Positions 1-8,894 of a stretch of DNA of 64,000 nucleotides are shown in pieces. Below the pieces are notes generated by a model that worked only from the letters and a program-made list of their open reading frames with translations, did no database searches and had not been told where the DNA came from. How positions within the stretch are numbered: position 1 is the first letter of the stretch; each line of letters opens with the position of its first letter. Position numbers and translations under genes: made by a program. This DNA comes from a virus, in IMG/VR virus record IMGVR_UViG_3300006162_000011. One strand, 5' to 3'.

Positions 1-1
1 T

Positions 2-334
2 GTGAAACACAACGACCGTTACGTTGCCGATCCGAACCCGAATCCGGATCTCAAGGCGTATCCGACTCTTGTGGTCACCAAGTTCACGTCTAAGCATAAA
101 GCGCTCGACAAAGCTGCGGAGCTGGAATCGGCGGAATGGAGACGCCATCCGGATGGGTACGTGGATGCGTACGGGGCGGATTACGGCTATTATGTATCGG
201 TCGATCCCTATCCGCTCAAGCCCATCGTGGCCGTTCCCGTGCCCGACGCGATCATGTCGGGCGTCATGTCCTCGACACCCGGCATCGGCGCGAAACGCGG
301 CATATTCGGCACTAAGCGTGAGCGTCTCCCATGA
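2..334 (+). CDS. hypothetical protein, probably 5'-truncated by the window edge
   Basis: Frame is open from base 2. Its TGA (332-334) overlaps the next ATG (331) as ATGA, which suggests translational coupling. No motif recognised. Confidence 0.4.
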   Translation: MKHNDRYVADPNPNPDLKAYPTLVVTKFTSKHKALDKAAELESAEWRRHPDGYVDAYGADYGYYVSVDPYPLKPIVAVPVPDAIMSGVMSSTPGIGAKRGIFGTKRERLP

Positions 335-2049
335 GTGAGCGCAAACTCCATATTGCACCTGGATTGTCGTTGCCGCTGTCCGCCGTCACCGAGACCTTCG
401 CGGTGTTAGCCAAACGTGGCATGGGCAAGACCTATACTGCCGCTGTGATGGCCGAGGAGATGCTCAAGGTAGGAGCCCAGATTGTCGTCTGCGATCCTGT
501 CGGTGTCTGGTGGGGTCTGCGTTCAGGTTCCGACGGCAAGTCCCCCGGACTGCCGATCATTGTCATGGGCGGCGAACACGGTGACATCCCTTTGGACGAG
601 ACCACAGGGGCAATCGTGGCCGAATTTATCGTGGACACCGGATCGTCGGTAGTGCTGGATCTTGGATTACTCCGCAAGGGTGCCATGATCCGGTTCATGA
701 CGGACTTCGCCGAGAAGCTTTACCACGCAAAAGCCCCCGAGGCGAAGCGGTCACCACTTCACATGTTTCTGGACGAGGCCGACGCCTTCGCTCCGCAAAA
801 GCCACAACCCGACCAAGCCCGGTTACTCGGTGCCATGCAAGACCTCGTACGACGTGGCCGAGCCCGCGGTGTGGGTATCACCATGATTACTCAGCGGTCG
901 GCAGTGTTGAACAAGGACGTGTTGACACAGGCGGAAGTGCTGGTGCCGTTACGTACAATCAGCCCGCAAGACCGAAAGGCCATCGAAGAGTGGATCGACA
1001 TTCACGCCGACAAGTCCGAAGCGAATACGGTGCTTGATTCCCTGCCGTCGTTACCGAAAGGCACGGCGTGGTTCTGGAGTCCGGGATGGTTGGATATTTG
1101 CCAGAAGGTAAATGTACGGAAGAGGGAAACGTTTGACTCCAGCGCGACCCCGGAGTTTGGCAAGTCGTACAAGAACATCCAGCTCGCTCCCGTCGATCTG
1201 GATGCGCTGAAAACCAAAATGGCGGCTACGATCGAGAAAGCCAAGGCCGACGACCCGCGAGAACTGCGCGCCGAGATCGCACGTCTCAAACGCGAACTGT
1301 CAGCGGGTTTCGGCAAGCCGCGCGTCGAAGAGAAAATCAAGATTGTCGAGCGCCGGATCGAAGTCGTGCCCAAAGAAGTCAAGAAAGAATTCGACCGGTT
1401 GCAGGAGAAATTGCGGCTGGTGCAGGGGCACGTCGAGTTGTTGACACAAGCTATGGGGCGGTTACCGGACACCGCTGCGGAGCATCGTGCCAGCACGCCG
1501 ATTACCGTCAGCCACGTTACTCGATCCATCTACCCCCCATCGGTCATGAAGCATATCGCACCGAATTGTGATGGAGCGGGAAAACTCCGTGCCGGTGCCG
1601 AGCGCATGTTATCGGCTCTCGTACAGTGGTCGCCGGAAGGGATGGCTATCGGTCAAATGCGGTCTCACGCCGGGATGAAGAAGTCCGGCACGTTCACGAC
1701 ATACATGTCGGATTTACGCAAAGGCGTTTACATCGACGAGCGCGACGGCAAGGTATACGCGACCGAGGAAGGACTAAAGTATTTCGGTGGCAACGTACCA
1801 TCCGCGCCGACCACGACCGAAGAAGTGTTGTCCATATGGGAGCCGAAGCTCCGGGACGGCGCACGCCGTATCCTGCGTGTCCTCGTCGATGCCGGTGGCG
1901 ACCCCGTATCCATGGAAGACTTGACGGCAAAGGCGAACCTAGCAAAATCTGGGACGTTCACGACTTACCTTAGCGATTTGCGGACGGCGCGATTGATTAC
2001 CACAGAACGCGGGCAGGCGTCCGCCAATCGGGAAACGTTATTTTTGTAA
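331..2049 (+). CDS. P-loop NTPase, HerA/FtsK (DUF87)-like, with two C-terminal winged-helix-like repeats
   Basis: Walker A 'AKRGMGKTY', Walker B 'HMFLDEADAF' and 'ITMITQRSAVLNKDVL', as in HerA/VirB4/FtsK-type translocases. The C-terminus carries two repeats with 'KSGTFTTY(M/L)SDLR'. Confidence 0.7.
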   Translation: MSERKLHIAPGLSLPLSAVTETFAVLAKRGMGKTYTAAVMAEEMLKVGAQIVVCDPVGVWWGLRSGSDGKSPGLPIIVMGGEHGDIPLDETTGAIVAEFIVDTGSSVVLDLGLLRKGAMIRFMTDFAEKLYHAKAPEAKRSPLHMFLDEADAFAPQKPQPDQARLLGAMQDLVRRGRARGVGITMITQRSAVLNKDVLTQAEVLVPLRTISPQDRKAIEEWIDIHADKSEANTVLDSLPSLPKGTAWFWSPGWLDICQKVNVRKRETFDSSATPEFGKSYKNIQLAPVDLDALKTKMAATIEKAKADDPRELRAEIARLKRELSAGFGKPRVEEKIKIVERRIEVVPKEVKKEFDRLQEKLRLVQGHVELLTQAMGRLPDTAAEHRASTPITVSHVTRSIYPPSVMKHIAPNCDGAGKLRAGAERMLSALVQWSPEGMAIGQMRSHAGMKKSGTFTTYMSDLRKGVYIDERDGKVYATEEGLKYFGGNVPSAPTTTEEVLSIWEPKLRDGARRILRVLVDAGGDPVSMEDLTAKANLAKSGTFTTYLSDLRTARLITTERGQASANRETLFL

Positions 2050-2097
2050 ACGGATACTGATTTTTCTGGTTATCCACAGCCTGCTCGTGTTAGGAAT

Positions 2098-2105
2098 TGT
2101 ATACA
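2098..2105. promoter_or_regulatory. TGTATACA palindrome; its TATACA (2100-2105) is a -10-like hexamer 7 nt upstream of ATG 2113
   Basis: Sequence AATTGTATACAGATCACTATG. No Shine-Dalgarno before ATG 2113. Same 8-mer as five other sites in the window. Confidence 0.35.
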
Positions 2106-2112
2106 GATCACT

Positions 2113-2718
2113 ATGGCTTACTTTCTCCCCGACGGATATGTAGAGCGACTCGACGCTCCCCAGACCTACGACATCGGCGGCGACGACACCTGGCAGCGGG
2201 AAGTGTACGAGACGGCGTTGAAATTATCCGAAGCCCTCGACCTGACGACCGTGCTCGACTTTGGCTGCGGCTCCGGATTCAAGCTGATGAAGTATTTTGG
2301 GATAAACCCGAAGTACACTACGATTGGGGTGGATCTGGCTCCTGCTGTCGAGATACTGAAACGCCTTTACCCGAACGGCTGGTGGAGTACGGCTGAAAAC
2401 CTGAACTGCCTGCCACCAGGTCTACTAATCTGTTCCGACGTAATCGAGCACGTGAACGATCCCGGTCAACTGTGTTCCTTGTTCAAGTATATCGGGCCTC
2501 GGTGGCTAGTCATTAGCACACCCGACCGGGAGTTGATGGCGAGACACCCAAAGTGGACGAACCGCATGGGGCCGCCGGGGAACCAGTGCCACGTCCGTGA
2601 GTGGTCGTTCGGAGAGTTTCGTCAGTTCATGGATATCCATTTCGACGTGGTTCGGCATTTTCACTCAAACCTCGATCAGTGCACACAATGCTGCATCTGT
2701 AGACTAAAGACTCCATAA
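2113..2718 (+). CDS. class I SAM-dependent methyltransferase
   Basis: Motif I 'VLDFGCGSGFK' and post-motif 'LICSDVIEHVNDP', typical of the Methyltransf_11/23-type fold. Confidence 0.8.
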   Translation: MAYFLPDGYVERLDAPQTYDIGGDDTWQREVYETALKLSEALDLTTVLDFGCGSGFKLMKYFGINPKYTTIGVDLAPAVEILKRLYPNGWWSTAENLNCLPPGLLICSDVIEHVNDPGQLCSLFKYIGPRWLVISTPDRELMARHPKWTNRMGPPGNQCHVREWSFGEFRQFMDIHFDVVRHFHSNLDQCTQCCICRLKTP

Positions 2719-2732
2719 AGGCTGGCACGGTC

Positions 2733-4076
2733 ATGATAGCGTTCTGCACAACGGCAAAGGGGCGAACCGGGCACATCACGCAAACTCTGGCCCGCAATCT
2801 GGCCGACAACGCCACATACCCGGATTGCAAATTCATCGTACTCGGGTACGCGAACACCGGCCCGAATTGCGACAGCGACGGTCTGATCGATTACATCCGC
2901 GCCCATCACATGCCCGACATCGAGTCCGGCCGGCTGGTGTTTTACAGCTACCCGTGCGACGGGCCGTTTGAAATGGCCAAGGCCAAGAACATCGTTCACC
3001 GCTGCGGGCTGCGCGAAGGCGCCGACGTGCTCGTTAACCTAGACGCCGACAACTTCACGTTTCAGGGATTTGCGGAATCGGTATCGAATCACTTCAGCGA
3101 TCTCAAGAACCGCGACACATTCCTGGCCGCTAAAGTCATACCCGGCCAAGGCAGGCAATTCCGCGGCTGTTCTGGCCGTATCTGTGTCACGTCCGCGCAA
3201 TTCCTGAACGCTGGCGGTTACGACGAGCGGTACACAACATACGCGCCCGACGACAAGGACTTTAACCGAAGGTTGCAACGGCTCGGGTACGCGGCGGTCG
3301 AAATCGACCCGCGATATTTCCGGTGCGTGCCACACAATGACGCCGTGCGGTTCCGGGAGTACCCACACGTCAGAGAACTCGTGGACGATTACGAGAAGCA
3401 GTTAGCTGACGGCCCCGATGCCACGATTGTCAATTTTGGCAACGTCGGGTGCGGGACGGTGTACAGGAATTTTTCAGACAAACCAATAACACTTGGCCGG
3501 ATACCGACGCGGATATTCGGTATCGGGTTGCACAAGACGGCAACGAACTCGCTCACGTCGGCGCTAAGGATTTTGGGATTTGACGCCAGTCATTGGGAGT
3601 CGCCGCGCAAGGCCCGCAACATCTGGTTCGAGATGAAGGACGCGGGCCGGTCGCTGACGATCGAGCGCCATTACGCCACGAGCGATTTGCCGGTGTCGAT
3701 ACTGTACAGAGAACTGGACGCCGCGTATCCGGGATCGAAATTCGTGCTCACGGTACGGCCCGAGCAAGAGTGGTTGAACAGTGTCCGGAGTCATTGGGAC
3801 ACCGCTCACAATCCATGGCGGGCGTCGTGGGACACGGACTGTTTCACGAACCGTATCCATACCGAAGTGTATGGACGGAAATCGTTCGACGAGAAAGTGT
3901 TTCTGGAACGATACCGGAAACACAATGAAGACGTATACGATTACTTCCTCGGCAGACCCGGCGACCTGCTGTGCATGGATATGGGTCGTTTCGGAGATGG
4001 CTGGCCTGCGTTGTGTGGGTTTCTCGGCAAAATAGTACCGAACGTGCCGTATCCCCGCGAGTACGTTACACTTTGA
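2733..4076 (+). CDS. fusion protein: N-terminal GT-A (family 2-like) glycosyltransferase, C-terminal sulfotransferase-like domain
   Basis: N-terminal half has 'VLVNLDADNF' (DxD) and 'AGGYDERYTTYAPDDKDFNRRLQRLGY'. C-terminal half has 'GIGLHKTATNSLTSALRILGF' and 'YPGSKFVLTVRPEQEWLNSV', resembling the PAPS-binding loop and core of the Sulfotransfer_4-type family. Confidence 0.7.
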   Translation: MIAFCTTAKGRTGHITQTLARNLADNATYPDCKFIVLGYANTGPNCDSDGLIDYIRAHHMPDIESGRLVFYSYPCDGPFEMAKAKNIVHRCGLREGADVLVNLDADNFTFQGFAESVSNHFSDLKNRDTFLAAKVIPGQGRQFRGCSGRICVTSAQFLNAGGYDERYTTYAPDDKDFNRRLQRLGYAAVEIDPRYFRCVPHNDAVRFREYPHVRELVDDYEKQLADGPDATIVNFGNVGCGTVYRNFSDKPITLGRIPTRIFGIGLHKTATNSLTSALRILGFDASHWESPRKARNIWFEMKDAGRSLTIERHYATSDLPVSILYRELDAAYPGSKFVLTVRPEQEWLNSVRSHWDTAHNPWRASWDTDCFTNRIHTEVYGRKSFDEKVFLERYRKHNEDVYDYFLGRPGDLLCMDMGRFGDGWPALCGFLGKIVPNVPYPREYVTL

Positions 4077-4092
4077 AAGGTGTGTCACTGTC

Positions 4093-4455
4093 ATGAGCAA
4101 GAAGCACAAACAGCATCAACACAGGAGCGATACGATGAGTGAAGAGATGAACGAGACACAAGCACAGGATCAGCAGCAAGCTCAACAGGCTTCGAGCGAA
4201 GCCACAGCAGCAGTTCCCGAAATCCAATCCGAGGTGCCGGAAGCGGTAGCGCCAATCGAGACCGCATCCGAGCCCGAGCCCGAGCCCGCAACCGTTGTTG
4301 CGCCATCGATTATCGAACTCGCGACCGAAGCGCGCGCCGAGTATGACGCGTTGCCGGAAGCGGCCAGAGGTATGTTGCACGGCGCGATCAATGACATCGA
4401 GACCAGATTCGATGTCAAACTCCCGAGTCTACACACGCTCTTTGGCGTGAGGTAA
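4093..4455 (+). CDS. hypothetical acidic, low-complexity protein
   Basis: 120-aa ORF in the operon between the transferase genes and the packaging genes. Q/E/A-rich. Confidence 0.5.
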   Translation: MSKKHKQHQHRSDTMSEEMNETQAQDQQQAQQASSEATAAVPEIQSEVPEAVAPIETASEPEPEPATVVAPSIIELATEARAEYDALPEAARGMLHGAINDIETRFDVKLPSLHTLFGVR

Positions 4456-4465
4456 TCCAGATCAG

Positions 4466-5092
4466 ATGAGCACATTATCGATCATCGTTCTCAGTATCCT
4501 CGCCGCCATCTTCGGCGTCGTCCTGTTGACCGCCATCGGTGTGCTCATCTGGTTGCTGATCCGGCAGCACAAACTGGCGCTCGCTTCAGCTCAGTCGTTT
4601 CTCGATCTCCAGTCGGCACTGTCAAAATCCCTCACCGACCATGCGTCTACATTAACGTTGCTATCTGGCCAAATCAGCGCTACCCTAGAAGTCCACAGGT
4701 CTAAGTTCGATGAGCAAATCTCCCGCATCCGCGGTGACAAACTCGAAGCCGCAGCCCAAGCCTTCGTCGAAAGCCTCCCGCGGCAAGCGCAACTCGCCTC
4801 GCGTATCGAAAACGCGGCCATCGTCTTCGGTAACCTCGTCAAAGTCATTACCGAAGAACAAGGCATCTCGGGTTCGGCCATTCAGCGCGCCGAAGCCAGC
4901 GGTCTCGGCCCCGAGTCCTACGCCCCAGCCGGTCTCGGTGAACACTACGTCAGCCGATCTAAGACAGCCGCTGGAGACGCCGCCGACCGCGAGCGAGAAT
5001 CGTCCGATAACACCGCAGCCGACATCGACGGAACAGGAGCCGGAATCAGCAACGACGACGGAGTCTTCCGAGCCCCGAACGAGTTCCGGTGA
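4466..5092 (+). CDS. hypothetical membrane-anchored protein
   Basis: N-terminal hydrophobic helix 'LSIIVLSILAAIFGVVLLTAIGVLIWLLI', then a helical region. The 3' third overlaps the next ORF in another frame. Confidence 0.5.
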   Translation: MSTLSIIVLSILAAIFGVVLLTAIGVLIWLLIRQHKLALASAQSFLDLQSALSKSLTDHASTLTLLSGQISATLEVHRSKFDEQISRIRGDKLEAAAQAFVESLPRQAQLASRIENAAIVFGNLVKVITEEQGISGSAIQRAEASGLGPESYAPAGLGEHYVSRSKTAAGDAADRERESSDNTAADIDGTGAGISNDDGVFRAPNEFR

Positions 5093-5765
5093 TGACGGTG
5101 ACGATGCCAGTCACCAAACGTTATCACCACCCATAATCTCGGCCCTCGACCGTCTCGCCCCTCACCGCGCCCGCACCGCGTGGGCGTTGCAAAAAGCCGG
5201 TGTGGCGCCCGAGCGCATCGCGCAGCGTCTGCGTATCCCCGTTGAGCAAGTCCAGCAGGCCGTGGACGACATGGAAGCCGCGAGACTCCAGATATCGTCC
5301 GACATCATCGACATGGCCGTGAACGCCGAAGTACTGACCGCCATGTATGGCGCGGGCCGTCGAATCCAAACCGCCATGCAGGCGATGCGATGGACTGGTG
5401 ACCTAGACAGTGAGGGCCGCCGTATCATGGAGCCCGACCACGCTGTCGCGCTAGACGCGATTACCGTGGCTGGTGATCTGGTCGAGAAAGTCCGGCCCAA
5501 GAGTGGCGGCGGTGTGGCCGTAAACGTGGGAATCAACAACAACGGCAATAACGGGAACGGTGTTGGTACCGTCAAGACTTTCGAGCAGCGTGTCCGCGAG
5601 AAGCGCGGTGTACTGCCTGAGGGTGATGTTAAGTTCTTGTCGGATGGTAAAGGCGAGGAAATCGTGGACGGCGATTTGATTGACGATGAAGACGACGAAC
5701 TAGAAGACGACGAACTAGGCGACGGCACCAGCGATGCCGAAATCGAGGAAGCGGACAACCAATGA
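4710..5765 (+). CDS. terminase small subunit candidate (start uncertain)
   Basis: The C-terminal ~220 aa have an HTH-like 'ALQKAGVAPERIAQRLRIPVEQVQQAV', a helical core and an acidic tail. The stop overlaps the terL start (ATGA at 5762-5765). In this frame there is no ATG/GTG/TTG between GTG 4938 and TTG 5187. The N-terminal S/P/T/K-rich part overlaps the 4466-5092 ORF. Confidence 0.5.
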   Translation: MSKSPASAVTNSKPQPKPSSKASRGKRNSPRVSKTRPSSSVTSSKSLPKNKASRVRPFSAPKPAVSAPSPTPQPVSVNTTSADLRQPLETPPTASENRPITPQPTSTEQEPESATTTESSEPRTSSGDDGDDASHQTLSPPIISALDRLAPHRARTAWALQKAGVAPERIAQRLRIPVEQVQQAVDDMEAARLQISSDIIDMAVNAEVLTAMYGAGRRIQTAMQAMRWTGDLDSEGRRIMEPDHAVALDAITVAGDLVEKVRPKSGGGVAVNVGINNNGNNGNGVGTVKTFEQRVREKRGVLPEGDVKFLSDGKGEEIVDGDLIDDEDDELEDDELGDGTSDAEIEEADNQ

Positions 5766-8014
5766 GGGTACCGCGCAAAGACGATTCGCTGAACGACTAT
5801 CTCGAAGTCCTCGACGAGAAGTTCATCCTAGCCCAGTCTAAATCTAAAACCGATTTAGAGGCGCTGCCCCGAGCGCTCGAAATGCTGACCTCGGATGAGA
5901 ACGAGTTTATCGACAACGAGGTCGCTAAGTGCGTAACCAACCGCCGTTACTTCATGGAGCAGTATTACGTGATCCGAGACGAACGCGGTCGATTGCGTAC
6001 GCTGTTCCCATGGTGGGACCATCAAATTCTCGTCTACGAGGCCGTCGAGGAGGAATGGCGCAAGAAGGGGTGTTGTCGTTTAATCGTGCTCAAGCCCCGT
6101 CAGGCGGGATCGACAACGTGGAACGCCGCGCTCATCTTTCACGCTACCATCTTCGTTCCGAACACGTATTCCATCGTCATGGGGCAGGATGATCGCGTCT
6201 CGGATGAAATCTATCAGCGCATCATGGACGCCTATCACAACCTGCCGTGGTGGCTGCGCCCGGAGTTCTTGTCGAAACAGCAAGGCCGTCAAGTTATCTT
6301 CCAGCGCTCCGACGAGCTACAGCGCACTACCGACCCCGGTCTTGGCTCCACGCTTCACGTGTCCAACGCGCAAAAATCTACGGGTGTCGCCATCGGACGC
6401 ACCGTGCGTAACATTCTGGCGTCCGAAGTCAGCCGTTGGCCTGATGCTCAGATTTGGACCGCGGACATCAAACCCTCTCTCAACGCGCCTGACATGCTCG
6501 GCATTATCGAGTCCACGGCGTACGGTCGATCCGGTCTCTACTACAATATGTGGCGAGCGGCTGAAGCGGGTAAGTCCATCTGGCGTGCGCTGTTCATCCC
6601 CGTATACAAAGTACGCAAATACTCACTCCCCGTGTACAAGTCCGAGAACTTTGTGCTGACTTCCGACGAGCGCGCTCTGCGTCTCAACGTTAAGCGCAAA
6701 GAGAACTACACGATACCATTAGGGTTTTTCAAGTGGCGGCGGAACGAGATCGTCGAGACCATCAACGCCACCGGGTCGAGTGAATCCCATAAGGAGTCGT
6801 ACCCGATCACGCCGAAAGAGGCGTTTATCTCATCCGGGTTCTGCGCGTTCCCTCGCAAGAAGCTCGACGAGCAGGAGCAGCAAAACTGCATCGATCCCAT
6901 CGTCATCGGCGAGATCGAGTACACGGGTGCCGACACCCCTCCGGTACTGCGTCTGTCGCCTCCTACACCCGAGGACTTGATGGACAAGCCCAAATACAAC
7001 AAGCGCCTTTGGGTCTGGGAATACCCCGACGACAACGAGGCCGTCGAATACTATATCGGTGGCGACGTGTCCTCGGGTGATGGACAAGACTATTCCGACA
7101 TCACTGTATACAGGATTGGTTATGGCGTCGAACCAACCGTGCAAGTCGCCGAGTGGCACGGCCTGATTAACCCGTCGCACTTGGCTAAAGTGGTTGCCGC
7201 TCTCGGTTATTGGTATCACACGGCGGAAGTCGCTATCGAGTACCAGATGGCGGGTGTCACTACCGGCAACGAGCTATTCAACAACCTGGATTATCCGAAC
7301 GTGTACCGTTGGCGCCACATGGATAAAGTATCCAATCAGGCCACTTTGCATGTGCACTGGATGACGAACCAGCGCACCCGTGAGGACATGATAAACCGCA
7401 TGGGTGAGGCGTTGTGGGATGGCATGATTGTGATCCGCAATCTCCACACCATCGACGAAATGCGCGACTTCGGACGGTACGAGGGCGAAATCAAGGCCGC
7501 CGGAATGGACAACAACGACGATGCGGCAATCGCGAATTGTATTGCGCTGTGCGCGTTACACCAGTCCGGCAAACGCCAAGAGTGGGCGGCGAGCGCTGGT
7601 ATAGGCGAGGGGTCGAAGCACGCCCACTTGCTGCCGAAGACGCCACACTATTTCGCAATCTACAACCAGTTCGGACAGCAAATCCCGACCGACGAACCGC
7701 TCGCGAGCGAGGACGAGGGGCGGAAACTGATTGCGTTAATGGAAAAGAAACACAACGTCAAACTGTCCGACAAGTGGAAAGTGATTCCCATAGTTGTATC
7801 AAAAGCTAATACGTGTTACAGTTTGCTTTGGGATACTACTGGAGCGGAGCACGAGTTGGCTAAACTTCACGGGATGGAGGGTCGCGACATCATGCAATCC
7901 CCGGACGTGGTTGCCAACTACAAAAAGTTTATGCAGATTCGAGCCCGTGGAGGGGATGAACTGCCGGAGCCGGATGCAAACGCTTGGTCGGACACGTCGG
8001 GAGAAGATTACTAG
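5762..8014 (+). CDS. terL: terminase large subunit
   Basis: Walker A-like 'VLKPRQAGSTTW' and nuclease-domain acidic motifs 'YIGGDVSSGDGQDYSDITV' and 'GMDNNDDAAIANCIAL'. Sits upstream of the portal gene. Confidence 0.9.
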   Translation: MRVPRKDDSLNDYLEVLDEKFILAQSKSKTDLEALPRALEMLTSDENEFIDNEVAKCVTNRRYFMEQYYVIRDERGRLRTLFPWWDHQILVYEAVEEEWRKKGCCRLIVLKPRQAGSTTWNAALIFHATIFVPNTYSIVMGQDDRVSDEIYQRIMDAYHNLPWWLRPEFLSKQQGRQVIFQRSDELQRTTDPGLGSTLHVSNAQKSTGVAIGRTVRNILASEVSRWPDAQIWTADIKPSLNAPDMLGIIESTAYGRSGLYYNMWRAAEAGKSIWRALFIPVYKVRKYSLPVYKSENFVLTSDERALRLNVKRKENYTIPLGFFKWRRNEIVETINATGSSESHKESYPITPKEAFISSGFCAFPRKKLDEQEQQNCIDPIVIGEIEYTGADTPPVLRLSPPTPEDLMDKPKYNKRLWVWEYPDDNEAVEYYIGGDVSSGDGQDYSDITVYRIGYGVEPTVQVAEWHGLINPSHLAKVVAALGYWYHTAEVAIEYQMAGVTTGNELFNNLDYPNVYRWRHMDKVSNQATLHVHWMTNQRTREDMINRMGEALWDGMIVIRNLHTIDEMRDFGRYEGEIKAAGMDNNDDAAIANCIALCALHQSGKRQEWAASAGIGEGSKHAHLLPKTPHYFAIYNQFGQQIPTDEPLASEDEGRKLIALMEKKHNVKLSDKWKVIPIVVSKANTCYSLLWDTTGAEHELAKLHGMEGRDIMQSPDVVANYKKFMQIRARGGDELPEPDANAWSDTSGEDY

Positions 8015-8892
8015 TGCCACCACTTATCGACATTACTGGTAAGAGGTTCGGCAGGCTGAAAGTACTAGGCTTGGCAAGCCGGGATCACGGGTACGTTTTG
8101 TGGTTGTGCCGATGCCATTGCGGTAAAGAGTTAAAGGTGTCAACCTCATCATTGCGGACGGGGAACACAAGAAGCTGCGGATGCCTGTCCAGAGAAACAT
8201 CTTCCGAATTGTGTAAAAAGCGTGCTAAAGATATGCGTATAGGTTCCCGATTCGGCCATCTTGTGGTCATCGGTAAATCGCGTAAAAAATTGTACTCACA
8301 CGGGACTTGCTGGTTGTGTCGTTGCGATTGCGGTAAACGCATTGTGTGTTGGGGCACGCGATTGCGTAACGGCAACCACAAGCACTGTGGCTGTAAGACT
8401 TTTGGTAATCTGTCGAAGGCACGCAAGACCCATGGGCTGTCCTATTCACCCGTGTATCGTGTGTGGAAGGGTATGCTGAGTCGTTGCTATTACGCCAAAA
8501 GTGATAGCTATGCCGATTACGGCGGTCGGGGGATTACGGTTTGCCGGGAATGGAGGAATCATCCCGAGAAATTCGTTGCATGGTCTGAGTCCCACGGATA
8601 CCGTAAGGGTCTGTCTATTGACAGGATTGATAACGACGGCAACTATAGCCCAAGTAATTGCCGATGGATTACGAAGATTTGGCAAGGCAGAAACCAGAGA
8701 TCGAATCATGTGTTGACTTGGAAAGGTAAAAGTAAGACCATTGCGGAATGGGCTGATATCACTGGAATTAGATATCACACCATCAGCAAACGGGTTCTAA
8801 AATACAAGTGGAGTGTTGAAGATGCACTCACGGAGGAACCCAGTAGAAACGCTTGGAGACGCCCAGAAGGGCGCAAGAAGGGGCAGCAATAA
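8014..8892 (+). CDS. putative free-standing homing endonuclease-like protein (Cys-repeat plus HNH-like C-terminus)
   Basis: GTG 8014 overlaps the terL TAG. Two tandem 'G(K/S)RFG(R/H)L.V.G...WLCRC.CGK...(G)N...CGC' modules, then 'YGGRGITVCREW...GLSIDRIDNDGNYSPSNCRWIT'. Visibly more AT-rich than the flanks. Lies between terL and portal. Confidence 0.55.
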   Translation: MPPLIDITGKRFGRLKVLGLASRDHGYVLWLCRCHCGKELKVSTSSLRTGNTRSCGCLSRETSSELCKKRAKDMRIGSRFGHLVVIGKSRKKLYSHGTCWLCRCDCGKRIVCWGTRLRNGNHKHCGCKTFGNLSKARKTHGLSYSPVYRVWKGMLSRCYYAKSDSYADYGGRGITVCREWRNHPEKFVAWSESHGYRKGLSIDRIDNDGNYSPSNCRWITKIWQGRNQRSNHVLTWKGKSKTIAEWADITGIRYHTISKRVLKYKWSVEDALTEEPSRNAWRRPEGRKKGQQ

Positions 8893-8894
8893 AT

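Noticed and set aside
4710-4937. The S/P/T/K-rich N-terminal 76 aa of the 351-aa ORF as genuine terminase sequence.
   Set aside because: It is low-complexity and fully overlapped by a more protein-like frame (4466-5092). It is kept only as an upper bound for the start.
5762-8014. Intein or intron inside the unusually long (750-aa) terminase large subunit.
   Set aside because: No intein blocks, no LAGLIDADG/HNH insert and no frame break. The extra length is a C-terminal extension after the nuclease motifs.
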